Origin: an uncultured Bacteroidaceae bacterium
GTDB lineage: Bacteria; Bacteroidota; Bacteroidia; Bacteroidales; GCA-2748055
DNA: 43,662 bases
Direction: 5' to 3'
Assembly: GCA_964454295.1 (NCBI GenBank)
Contig: CAYVTV010000003.1
Coordinates: 1-43,662, forward strand
Both the position numbers and the translations under genes were made by a program. Under the pieces are notes generated by a model. It searched no databases. It was not told where the DNA came from and was given only the letters and a program-made list of their open reading frames with translations. How positions within the stretch are numbered: position 1 is the first letter of the stretch; each line of letters opens with the position of its first letter. Of the stretch, positions 1-8,966 are shown in pieces.

Positions 1-333
1 ACAGGATTGGAGATACCGGAGGACACTGATGGGATCAGCTTCCTGCAGGTTTTAAAAGAAAAACCTCAGAAAGAACATGAATTTCTGTACTGGGAATTTC
101 CTGCCCGAAATGGAAGTCAGGCTGTCAGATTCAAAAACTGGAAAGGTATCCGGAAGAATTTACGTAAAGGGGATATGAGCATTGAATTATATGATCTGAA
201 AAATGATATAAGAGAACAATATAATGTAGCAGATCAATACCCTGAAATAGTAAAAAAAATGTCAGAGATAATGAATAATGAACATCAAAAAGCTATTTAT
301 AAAAACTGGCATTTCAGTGCATTGGGAGATTAA
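1..333 (+). CDS. Sulfatase (S1 arylsulfatase family), C-terminal part; 5' end lies outside the window
   Basis: The frame is open from position 1 (TGLEIPEDTDGISFL). It has typical sulfatase C-terminal motifs DGISF, LYWEF, AVRxxNWK and ELYDLxxDxxEQYNVADQYPEIV. Confidence 0.9.
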   Translation, partial: TGLEIPEDTDGISFLQVLKEKPQKEHEFLYWEFPARNGSQAVRFKNWKGIRKNLRKGDMSIELYDLKNDIREQYNVADQYPEIVKKMSEIMNNEHQKAIYKNWHFSALGD

Positions 334-389
334 TGATGCTTTTACATGAATCAGGGAAAAAAGTTAGTGTCTGTTTTAATTTTTAAATT

Positions 390-1640
390 ATGAACCACGC
401 ATATTACTTAAAGTATTTACCGATCCTGGGCTTTTTACTTACCGGAATTTTGTTGCAGGGTCAATATCATAAGGATTCTGTTGCCCTCACCCCTCCAATG
501 GGCTGGAATAGCTGGAATTGTTTTGATAAGGATATCCATGAAGAAAAAATAAAAGGCATTGCTGATGCTATGGTTAATTCAGGCATGAAAGATGCAGGAT
601 ACGAATATGTCATCATTGATAATGGATGGATGACGGAACATCGTGATGAAAATGGACATATAATTGTAGATTCTGTTAAATTTCCAAATGGGATTAAAGC
701 ACTGGCTGATTACATACACAGTCTCGGATTGAAATTCGGTATTTATTCTTCCCCGGGACGTTATACGTGTGGTGGAAAATTGTCCGGAAGCCTTGGGTAT
801 GAGCAGATCGATGCAAACGATTATGCTGCATGGGGTGTTGATTTTTTAAAATACGACTGGTGTGGATACCCCGGAACTGACGAAACAAAAACAAGAACCT
901 ATGAAAACGACTGCCGGGCTGCTTTTGAGTTAATGGCTGAATGTTTAAGAAACACCGGTCGTCCTGTTGTTTACAGTGTCCATGCCAAATGTACCGGGTT
1001 ATCACATGATTACGCGCTACCATGGATAAGTTCCGTGGCAAATATGTTCAGAACGAGCGGGGATATTAAGGATACATGGGAAATTATGCTGAATTGTCTG
1101 GAGAGCACGGCCGATTTGTGGCAATATGCCCGGCCAGGCTATTGGAATGATCCGGATATGCTTGAAGTGGGTAATACGAATGTAGAAAGAATATGGGCAT
1201 TATACCCGGACCGGTTCAGGATAAAGATGACTACAGATGAATACCGGACTCATTTCAGTATGTGGTGTATCGTGGCAGCTCCCCTGATAACCGGTAATGA
1301 TCTTCGTACAATGACACCGGAGATTATTGAAATACTTACGAATAAAGAAATCATTGCTGTAAATCAGGACCCTCTCGGCAAACAGGGTCGCCGAATAAGA
1401 GATGACGGAGATCAGGAAGTCTGGGTTAAAGAATTGTCCGGAGATCGCAAGGCAGTAGCCTTATTTAACAGAGGACAGGAACCGGCTGATATTACAGTAA
1501 ACTGGTATGAACTTGGCTTTAAGGGCAAATTTAAGGTAAGAGATCTTTGGGCTCACCAGGATCTGGGAAAATTCAGAAAATCTTTTACCGGAAGGGATAT
1601 CCCGGGTCATGTGGCTATGATATTGTTGATAGAGAAATAA
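390..1640 (+). CDS. Glycoside hydrolase family 27 (alpha-galactosidase-like, divergent active site)
   Basis: Signal peptide, LTPPMGWNSWN, nucleophile motif DFLKYDWC, acid/base motif RTSGDI, WNDPDMLEVG, HFSMW, NQDPLG and a C-terminal beta-sandwich with VRDLW. Confidence 0.93.
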   Translation: MNHAYYLKYLPILGFLLTGILLQGQYHKDSVALTPPMGWNSWNCFDKDIHEEKIKGIADAMVNSGMKDAGYEYVIIDNGWMTEHRDENGHIIVDSVKFPNGIKALADYIHSLGLKFGIYSSPGRYTCGGKLSGSLGYEQIDANDYAAWGVDFLKYDWCGYPGTDETKTRTYENDCRAAFELMAECLRNTGRPVVYSVHAKCTGLSHDYALPWISSVANMFRTSGDIKDTWEIMLNCLESTADLWQYARPGYWNDPDMLEVGNTNVERIWALYPDRFRIKMTTDEYRTHFSMWCIVAAPLITGNDLRTMTPEIIEILTNKEIIAVNQDPLGKQGRRIRDDGDQEVWVKELSGDRKAVALFNRGQEPADITVNWYELGFKGKFKVRDLWAHQDLGKFRKSFTGRDIPGHVAMILLIEK

Positions 1641-1669
1641 TCAATATTTAGTATTTTTTTTATGATCAA

Positions 1670-1700
1670 GTCATTAGTTTCCAATTCTTATGTGTCATAT
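1670..1700 (+). promoter_or_regulatory. Putative ECF-sigma promoter motif GTCATTA-N14-TGTGTCATAT (copy 1)
   Basis: Ungapped 25/31 match to 14770-14800. It lies about 50 bp upstream of the orphan susD. Confidence 0.6.
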
Positions 1701-1742
1701 TAAATAAACAAACCGCACTATTTGTGAATATTCATTTATAAG

Positions 1743-3572
1743 ATGTTAATTATGAAAAGTGAATTTCAGTTTATTCTGGCAGTTATTTCTACATTTATCA
1801 TTGTAATCTTCAACAGCTGTGATGAATATCTCGATCAAACCCCTGATGCTGTGATCAGTGATCAGGATATTTTTGGCAGTTATCATACCTCACAGGGTTT
1901 TGTCGATAAACAATATGTTTTTATCTGGGATATTATGAGTCATCGCCAGGGTAGTTATATGGGGTTTGGAGATGACTTTCTGGCAAATCTCCCTATAGCT
2001 GTAACACGTATGGCAAGAGGACAATATGATCGTTTAGCTATGCAACCTGATTATTATAGTCCTTTTTATATAGAAGGCTCTGATTTGGCGAACAATCAAT
2101 TTCGCAAAGATCCGCCAAAGACAGCATGGGGCCGATGGCCAAGCGGATGGGAAATGATCCGTGATGCTAATCTGGTACTGAAAAATGTGCATCTTATGAC
2201 AGATGCCACACAGGAAGAAAGGAACCTGATAGAAGGGCAGGTATTGTTTTTCAGGGCATATCATTATTATACTTATGTTAAGAACTGGGGAGGCATGCCT
2301 TATATTGACAAGTTTCTGGAAGGAAACGATGACCCCTACCTTCCAAGGTTAAATACCTGGGAAACAATTGAGAAAATATCGACGGATTGTGAAAGGGCAG
2401 CGGCATTGCTTCCGGATGACTGGAACAATACAGCGGTGGGAGCCACAGTGTGGGATAAGAATGTAGGCAGAATAACAAAGGGTGCATGTTATGGGTTACA
2501 GGCCAAGGCATTGTTATGTGCCGGCAGTCCGACTTTTGTGCTGGAGTCAACCGGTGATCTTAAGTATGATTATGATTATATGAGGCGTTGTGCAACTGCG
2601 GCCTGGGAGATTATAAAGCTTGCAAATACAGGAGTTCACAGTCTTGTTCCCTGGGAAGATTACTATAAACAATTTGGGAGGAATGACGGATTTAGCCCCT
2701 GGTCATCTGAAACCCTAATAGCCTGTGTGAACTGGGTTAAAGGTGGTTTCAGGGGACTTGGAGGGAATGCTTTTTATCAGCAGCATGGAGGAAATATCAG
2801 TCCGATGCGTTTCGGGGGTAATGCTCAAACATCATGTCTGACTCAAAATGTGGTAGAGATGTTTGAAATGGCAAACGGCCTTCCTGTTGACGATCCGGAC
2901 TCAGGTTATGACCCAATGGATCCCTGGAGTAACCGGGATCCCAGGCTTAGAGGAAGCATATTGTTTGACGGGGATGAATGGACATTCGCTGATCCGGAAG
3001 AAAACCGGCTTGACATGTATATAGGAGGTAAAGATAATACCAATGAAATTGTAAGTCCCTTTCTGTTAAAAAAATACTGGCCGAAAGGAGTTAATGACTA
3101 TGACAAGCAATGGAACTTATATACTATGAGCAGTCCTAATCTTCGCCTGGCTGAGGTGTATCTTATTTATGCCGAAGCAGTCAATGAAGTCTGGGGACCA
3201 AATGGGACATTACCCGGAGCTTCGCTGACAGCGATAGAAGCGGTAAATAAAGTCAGGGAAAGGGCAGGCATGCCCCCGGTGGCCTCAAAGTTCCTGGGAA
3301 GTAAGGAAACGTTCAGGGACAGGATATGGAATGAACGTGCAGTGGAACTTATCGGAGAAGACGGAGTGCGTTGGTATGACCTTCGCCGGTGGCATGTGGC
3401 ACATCTCGATAAATATAAGATCTGCTACAAAGTGGAATTTGATAAGGAACATACATATTTTAACAAGCTGGTTGCCTACGAAAAAGTATTCGAACAAAAG
3501 CACTACTGGCTTCCTGTTCCGCTTGCAGCAACACAGGTGTACAGCGGTTTTTATCAGAATCCGGGGTGGTAG
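1743..3572 (+). CDS. SusD/RagB family lipoprotein (orphan, no adjacent susC); start may be ATG 1752
   Basis: Lipobox FNSC-DEYLD, GQVLFFRAYHY, WGGMPYI, RDPRL, RLAEVYLIYAEA, ERAVEL, RWYDLRRW and a QNPGW terminus. Confidence 0.95.
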   Translation: MLIMKSEFQFILAVISTFIIVIFNSCDEYLDQTPDAVISDQDIFGSYHTSQGFVDKQYVFIWDIMSHRQGSYMGFGDDFLANLPIAVTRMARGQYDRLAMQPDYYSPFYIEGSDLANNQFRKDPPKTAWGRWPSGWEMIRDANLVLKNVHLMTDATQEERNLIEGQVLFFRAYHYYTYVKNWGGMPYIDKFLEGNDDPYLPRLNTWETIEKISTDCERAAALLPDDWNNTAVGATVWDKNVGRITKGACYGLQAKALLCAGSPTFVLESTGDLKYDYDYMRRCATAAWEIIKLANTGVHSLVPWEDYYKQFGRNDGFSPWSSETLIACVNWVKGGFRGLGGNAFYQQHGGNISPMRFGGNAQTSCLTQNVVEMFEMANGLPVDDPDSGYDPMDPWSNRDPRLRGSILFDGDEWTFADPEENRLDMYIGGKDNTNEIVSPFLLKKYWPKGVNDYDKQWNLYTMSSPNLRLAEVYLIYAEAVNEVWGPNGTLPGASLTAIEAVNKVRERAGMPPVASKFLGSKETFRDRIWNERAVELIGEDGVRWYDLRRWHVAHLDKYKICYKVEFDKEHTYFNKLVAYEKVFEQKHYWLPVPLAATQVYSGFYQNPGW

Positions 3573-3602
3573 TCAGAGAATTAAATAGTTAATTTACAAT
3601 AA

Positions 3603-6245
3603 ATGCGATTAATTATATTATTAAGTTTTGCATGTATATTATCCGCTCACGCTCAGATTGATCTGGTACAGTCCAAAGCCCAGAGTTTTCCTGCCGGCAC
3701 TTTTGTCCAGGTGGAACTGAATGCTGTACCTTCTGAAGGCAATTTACTAATTGCTTTTTTAGGCTCCCCTTCCGACAGTTCCAATCATTTTTTCCCTACA
3801 GAATCAGGCTGGACATTTCTTACTGATGAAATATCCAATGCCAGGTTACATGTTTTTTACAAGATTGCCGGTGCAAGTGAGAATAAAAAAAAGACATTTT
3901 TAACTCCCCATGTGAACAGCAACTACACGGCTATTTTGGCAGAATACGGGAATGCCGGGAGTATTGCGGGATTTGTCACAAATAGTAGTGAAGATCAGGT
4001 AAATTTATTACCCTTTGGGCCTGTGAATGCTTTAACGGGACAGCGCGCCGTGGTCGCTTTTGTCGCCAGGCAGTTAAGTACGGATGAGATAGTGTGGAGT
4101 GATGATTTTGAAGCCCGTGCATCTGTCACGGTAGATCCGGAGGGATCACCCCTGGGTTCAGCCATGAGTGATTTCCTGGTTACAGATAATAGTGAGATTC
4201 AAACTACCGCCAGTTGGGCTCCTTTGGCAGAGCCCGGTGGTATATTGCTTTTACTGAGTGAAGAATTGATTACCTATGACATAAGTTTTACTATCAGGGA
4301 TGAGGCTGCTGAGCCATTGTCAGGGGCCACAGTTACCTTCAACGGGGTTAGGAAAGAGGCGGGTGAATATACTGTAACGGGTATAAGAAGCGGTACGTAT
4401 GATTATATGGTTGAGAAGGAGGGTTATTTAACGTACAAAGGACGGGTTACGGTTGTGGAGGACGGTACGGAGGATGTGCTTCTTTATGCGCTCACTCCGG
4501 GTAAATATTATGTTTCAGCCGGGGGGAATGATTCAAATCCGGGTAATACTCCGAGGGCACCATGGAAGACAATAGACAAGGTCAGAACGTTCAGTTTTCA
4601 GACCGGTGATGATGTATATTTCCGCTGCGGGGATACCTTTATTCCTTCTGACAGATTCTATATCGGATGGGAAGGGACAGAGGAAGATCCGGTTATTATC
4701 GGAGCGTATTATATGAACGGGGAAACGGCAGTTCATGATGTGAATGAAAACGGCAGGCCGGTTCTCAGCGGAAATAATTATATGTCCCCAACTTTATATT
4801 CTTCCAGTATAATCAAGATTGTGAATAAAGATTATATACATATAAAAGATTTGCATCTATATCAATCAGGCGGACATGGAATTGATATATCCGGCGATTA
4901 TCCGCCTATACAATCCCAGTATTTCCTTATACAAAATGTAAAGATTGAAGGAGCACTTAACGGTGGTATCCTGATAAACAAAAACGGTTATAGTTACGGA
5001 GTGATTGAAGGTTGTGAAGTAAGTGGTACTAATTATGGCTGGAAGATAGGTTATCAGGGAGTTACTGGCTGGGGAGGGACCATTGTTGTGGCCCATTCAC
5101 CTTTCGCACATATAAAGATCAGAAATAATTATCTGCATGAAAATTGGGGAGAAGGTTTTATAGTATGGAGGAATCCAAATAATAGTCAGGCTAATAACTC
5201 CGGATATGTAACTATTGAAGACAATATTGTTTGGAATAACAGACGTGTTGATATATATATTGAAGGAACCGAACATAATATTGTGAGGCGAAATATCTGT
5301 CTGGGATCGAATGATTCCAGATGTAATTTCAACGATTACAGGGCAGACGGAAGATGCTGGAATCAAATGGGAATCTGGGTAAATAGTGAAATTTATGACG
5401 AGGGTCATAATCCGGCCAAAAATAACCATGTATATAATAACCTGGTTGCAGGTCATAATACCGGGATTGGTCTTGCAGCTGAAAGGGCAGGTGAAACAAT
5501 GTCGAATAATGTTTTCTACAATAATACGGTTATAGACAACAGGTTCAACTGGTCTGTCGGAGATAACCTTGGCAACTACATAACATCGGGGGTTGAATTT
5601 AAAAATAATATTTCTCTATGTACTGATGGTGCTTTCTGCCAGAATGTTCGCAAAGACCAGTACTTCTTTGACTCAAAATTTACGGGCAGATATAATGCAT
5701 GGACAGGGTCTTTTCCTGTTTATATGGGAGATAGCGGAACAGATAAATTGATAAGTGATGATGATATAGCTTCGGGTATGGATTTTCAAGACATAAACGA
5801 GGAAGATCTTCAAAATATTGCTGATCAGTTTAAACTGGCATATGGTTCTGATTTAATTGACGCCGGAACCGCTCTTGATCCATTGTATAATAGTGATTTT
5901 TTTGGAAATACCAGACCTGCCGGTAATGGATGGGACATTGGCGCCCATGAATATCCTTCTGTAGTAAATGTTGGGTCTGTAGTTGGAATATCAGCCTTTT
6001 GTAAACTGTATCCCAACCCTTCTTCCGGAAACATAAATATTGAGTTTGAGATTACGGAAACATCGAATGTTAACATTAAAATTTATGATATAATCGGAAC
6101 GGAAATAACCTCCTTTATTGACCAGGAGATGGTTCAGGGAAAACATATAAAATCATTTGAGATTGATTATCTGGAAAAAGGTATATACCTATTGAGGTTT
6201 AGGGCGGGTAAAAGGCATGAAACTTTTTATTTGGGTATTCAATAA
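3603..6245 (+). CDS. Secreted right-handed beta-helix protein (candidate polysaccharide lyase/hydrolase) with T9SS C-terminal domain
   Basis: Signal peptide ending AHA-Q and a PEGA/carboxypeptidase-regulatory-like segment. YYVSxxGNDSNPG..PWKTI opens the helix, followed by Asn-rich repeats (IRNNYL, IEDNIV, VYNNLV, FYNNTV, FKNNI) and a LIDAG..DIGAHE cap. The CTD has LYPNP..GIYLL. Confidence 0.8.
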   Translation: MRLIILLSFACILSAHAQIDLVQSKAQSFPAGTFVQVELNAVPSEGNLLIAFLGSPSDSSNHFFPTESGWTFLTDEISNARLHVFYKIAGASENKKKTFLTPHVNSNYTAILAEYGNAGSIAGFVTNSSEDQVNLLPFGPVNALTGQRAVVAFVARQLSTDEIVWSDDFEARASVTVDPEGSPLGSAMSDFLVTDNSEIQTTASWAPLAEPGGILLLLSEELITYDISFTIRDEAAEPLSGATVTFNGVRKEAGEYTVTGIRSGTYDYMVEKEGYLTYKGRVTVVEDGTEDVLLYALTPGKYYVSAGGNDSNPGNTPRAPWKTIDKVRTFSFQTGDDVYFRCGDTFIPSDRFYIGWEGTEEDPVIIGAYYMNGETAVHDVNENGRPVLSGNNYMSPTLYSSSIIKIVNKDYIHIKDLHLYQSGGHGIDISGDYPPIQSQYFLIQNVKIEGALNGGILINKNGYSYGVIEGCEVSGTNYGWKIGYQGVTGWGGTIVVAHSPFAHIKIRNNYLHENWGEGFIVWRNPNNSQANNSGYVTIEDNIVWNNRRVDIYIEGTEHNIVRRNICLGSNDSRCNFNDYRADGRCWNQMGIWVNSEIYDEGHNPAKNNHVYNNLVAGHNTGIGLAAERAGETMSNNVFYNNTVIDNRFNWSVGDNLGNYITSGVEFKNNISLCTDGAFCQNVRKDQYFFDSKFTGRYNAWTGSFPVYMGDSGTDKLISDDDIASGMDFQDINEEDLQNIADQFKLAYGSDLIDAGTALDPLYNSDFFGNTRPAGNGWDIGAHEYPSVVNVGSVVGISAFCKLYPNPSSGNINIEFEITETSNVNIKIYDIIGTEITSFIDQEMVQGKHIKSFEIDYLEKGIYLLRFRAGKRHETFYLGIQ

Positions 6246-6291
6246 GGGAATTACGAAGAGACTTTTTTAAATAATTTAAAATCTGAAATAA

Positions 6292-8466
6292 ATGAGAACT
6301 TTTATCTTTTTAATACTTATGAGCTTTCTGCTGATTTATTCAAATGTATCCTGCAAATCTGTGAAGAATGAATTGCCTGAGCCTTTTCGTGTTATACCTC
6401 AACCGCAAAAAGTTGAAATCCTTAAAGGAAGTGGTATTGAATATGGAACACTAAAACAAATCAGGCTCAAAGGAATAAATGAACGTCCTGTTATGGGTTG
6501 CATACTTACTCAGTTAACGGAAGTTCATAATATAGATAACAAGGGAACCTTAACATTACATCTCAATAATTCAATTGATATCGATTCACAGGAAGGGTAT
6601 ATTCTCCAAATTTTAGATGGAAATGTGATGATACAAGCCAAAGGGGAAGCAGGTATATTTTATGGTTGTCAGACCCTGGAACAGCTTCTGGAAGACTCCC
6701 GTGATTTTAACACCCCGGTTCCGGCCTGCAGAATTACTGATTCACCGGAACTGGCCTATCGTGCCGTTCATTTTGATGTTAAACACCACCTGGATCATAT
6801 GAATTATTATTATGAAAGTATTGATCATTTAGCACGCTACAAGATAAATGCAATAATATTTGAGTTTGAAGATAAGCTGCGCTATCGTAAACAGCCATTG
6901 GTTGGAGCACCACAGGCCATAAGTATTGATGAGATGGCTGCCTTAACAAGTTACGCGCGTAAACGACATATTGAAATTTCCCCTTTGGTACAGGGATTAG
7001 GTCATGCAACTTTTATTCTGAAACATGACAAATATGCCGGTCTGCGTGAACTCAGACATAACCGGTGGGCGTTTTGCCCCCTTGATGAAGGCACTTATAA
7101 AGTACTGTTCGACCTCTACAGTGATGCAATTGAAGCAACTCCGGGCTCCAGATATTTACATGTTGGTGGTGATGAAATCGGGAACATTGGTTTATGTCCC
7201 CGCTGCAAACCAACTGCTGATAAAGAAGGGAAACTGGGATTGCACCTTTACTGGTTAAAGCGGGTGTGTGCATATGCTGAGGAAAAGGGTCGAATACCCA
7301 TTGTTTGGGATGATATGCCTTTGCGTGAAGCTGACCTTATTAAAACAAGCCAAAAGGATTATGAGAAACACGAGGCTGACAGCATCTGGGAGTCAGGTGG
7401 GAAAATACTTGAGGAACTTATTGCAGACTTCCCTGATAACTGTGTGTATATGAGGTGGAACTACACAACAAGAGGAAATTCCGGCGATGCTATGGCACTG
7501 GAATGGTATAAAAAGCATGGGTTAAAATCAATGGTTGCCACTGCTGCACAATCCGGGGCCGCTGCTTTATTCCCGTTTGAAAACAGAGAAATACATCCTT
7601 ACAGGGGGACACTCGCCATTAAGCATTTTGTAGAATTGGCAGCTGAAAAAGAGATTGAAGGGATGCTTTGCACAGCCTGGGATGACCGGTCACCTCATTT
7701 TGAAACTTACTGGCATGGTTTTATAACTTCTGCAGAATATAGCTGGTCGCCCGGGAAACGCGTCCTTGATGATTTTGATCAGGCATATCTTCAAAGAGAA
7801 CATGGAATTACTTTCAACGATTATATCTCCCTTTATTATGAGTTACGCAGAGCAGCAGTGTTTTGGGAAAAAACATTCCTTGCAAACCTCAGCCGCCTGC
7901 ATTTGAGTAATATGTTATATAACATAAACCATTTGGCACATTGGCTGCCACCCCAGGAAAAAAATGATGGAAGTGAAAAAGATTACACGAAGCTTCTGAT
8001 AAGTTTACCTGATACCCGGAGTCCCGGAAATTGGACTGAACAGCATGCACAAAGATTAAGCGAGGCTGATTCAATAGTTCTTGAGTACAACCATACATCT
8101 GCCATGCTTGATGATTTATACAAAAATTCAAAAAGAAACCGATATCACTGGAAAGTCTTTTCTGCTGTAAATGACTTCCAGGTAACTGCCCCAAAACTCA
8201 TGATAGCATTGGGGAAATGTGACACAAATGACATAAGTCTGTTAAATAAGGGCATTGAGCAGGTGAAAATTGCTTTGGAAGAATACAACAATGCCTGGGG
8301 AAATTTGCAGAATGTATATAGTGAAACCCGTTTTTTGGCTTATCCATCGGATTACGTTCCTGATCGTTATTTCCATTTTGCCAGTCAGAGAGAGGATATT
8401 ACGTGGATGGTGCAGGTAGAAGAATTGTTCCATAAAAAAGTTATCAAGTGGTTGAGTGAAATATAA
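6292..8466 (+). CDS. GH20-like beta-N-acetylhexosaminidase lipoprotein (paralog 1)
   Basis: VIPQPQ, EGYxL and GIFYGCQTLEQL (GH20 N-terminal domain), D-x-P..YRAVHFD, PLVQGLGH and the catalytic HVGGDE. Confidence 0.85.
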   Translation: MRTFIFLILMSFLLIYSNVSCKSVKNELPEPFRVIPQPQKVEILKGSGIEYGTLKQIRLKGINERPVMGCILTQLTEVHNIDNKGTLTLHLNNSIDIDSQEGYILQILDGNVMIQAKGEAGIFYGCQTLEQLLEDSRDFNTPVPACRITDSPELAYRAVHFDVKHHLDHMNYYYESIDHLARYKINAIIFEFEDKLRYRKQPLVGAPQAISIDEMAALTSYARKRHIEISPLVQGLGHATFILKHDKYAGLRELRHNRWAFCPLDEGTYKVLFDLYSDAIEATPGSRYLHVGGDEIGNIGLCPRCKPTADKEGKLGLHLYWLKRVCAYAEEKGRIPIVWDDMPLREADLIKTSQKDYEKHEADSIWESGGKILEELIADFPDNCVYMRWNYTTRGNSGDAMALEWYKKHGLKSMVATAAQSGAAALFPFENREIHPYRGTLAIKHFVELAAEKEIEGMLCTAWDDRSPHFETYWHGFITSAEYSWSPGKRVLDDFDQAYLQREHGITFNDYISLYYELRRAAVFWEKTFLANLSRLHLSNMLYNINHLAHWLPPQEKNDGSEKDYTKLLISLPDTRSPGNWTEQHAQRLSEADSIVLEYNHTSAMLDDLYKNSKRNRYHWKVFSAVNDFQVTAPKLMIALGKCDTNDISLLNKGIEQVKIALEEYNNAWGNLQNVYSETRFLAYPSDYVPDRYFHFASQREDITWMVQVEELFHKKVIKWLSEI

Positions 8467-8790
8467 TCAGTTACATGTAAATTCTCCTGTATGTGCACCC
8501 ACCGGAACCAGTGCTATGACAGGTCGCTGCTCATTGCGCACAGGAGTGTGGGACACTTGTAATAAAGGAGCAATAATGGCTTCAGACGAAATTATTCTTG
8601 CCTAAGGTCTGAAGGATGCAGGTTAAAAGCAGGAATATTTAGCAAATACCATCCGGGTGATAGTTTTCCTTTCAGACTAATGGATCAGGATTTTGGCAAT
8701 AGTTACCAGGCTTTGCATCCCTTTTGAGATAATTACAAAAGAGACGATAAACCATATTATTTTAATCCTGGTATTGTTTATAGAAACATT
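8465..8790 (+). pseudogene. Decayed sulfatase N-terminal fragment
   Basis: From 8465 the frame reads NQLHVNSPVCAPTGTSAMTGRCSLRTGVWDTCNKGAIMASDEIILA*GLKDAG*. After a frameshift it reads KAGIFSKYHPGDSFPFRLMDQDF. This matches the sulfatase pattern SPVCAPTRxxLMTGR..LKDAGY.TGIFGKWHLGD..PFRP.DQGF, with stops and no start. Confidence 0.85.
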
Positions 8791-8819
8791 CTCCGGCGAT
8801 TTATTTTTTTGTTTTTTTT

Positions 8820-8900
8820 TTTGGAAATAACTATTAAATAGTTTATACTTGTATATTGTATACGGAAATTTTACACAAACTAATAAAACGTATACATTTG
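8820..8900 (+). promoter_or_regulatory. Bacteroidota sigma70-type promoter (TTTG-N20-TAtaCTTG) with TGTATAC operator-like boxes
   Basis: TTTG at 8820-8823 and TATACTTG at 8844-8851. TTGTATACG and CGTATACA follow downstream. The region is duplicated at 10348-10430. Confidence 0.55.
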
Positions 8901-8966
8901 TTTATTCAATTTTCAAAAGGAAAGCTGAAGCCTTACCCAAGTAAGTATAATTAAATTTCATTGCTT

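Noticed and set aside
8800-8822. Poly-T tract as a phase-variation switch
   Set aside because: It lies upstream of the -33 box and not in the spacer, and such tracts are common in this AT-rich intergenic DNA.
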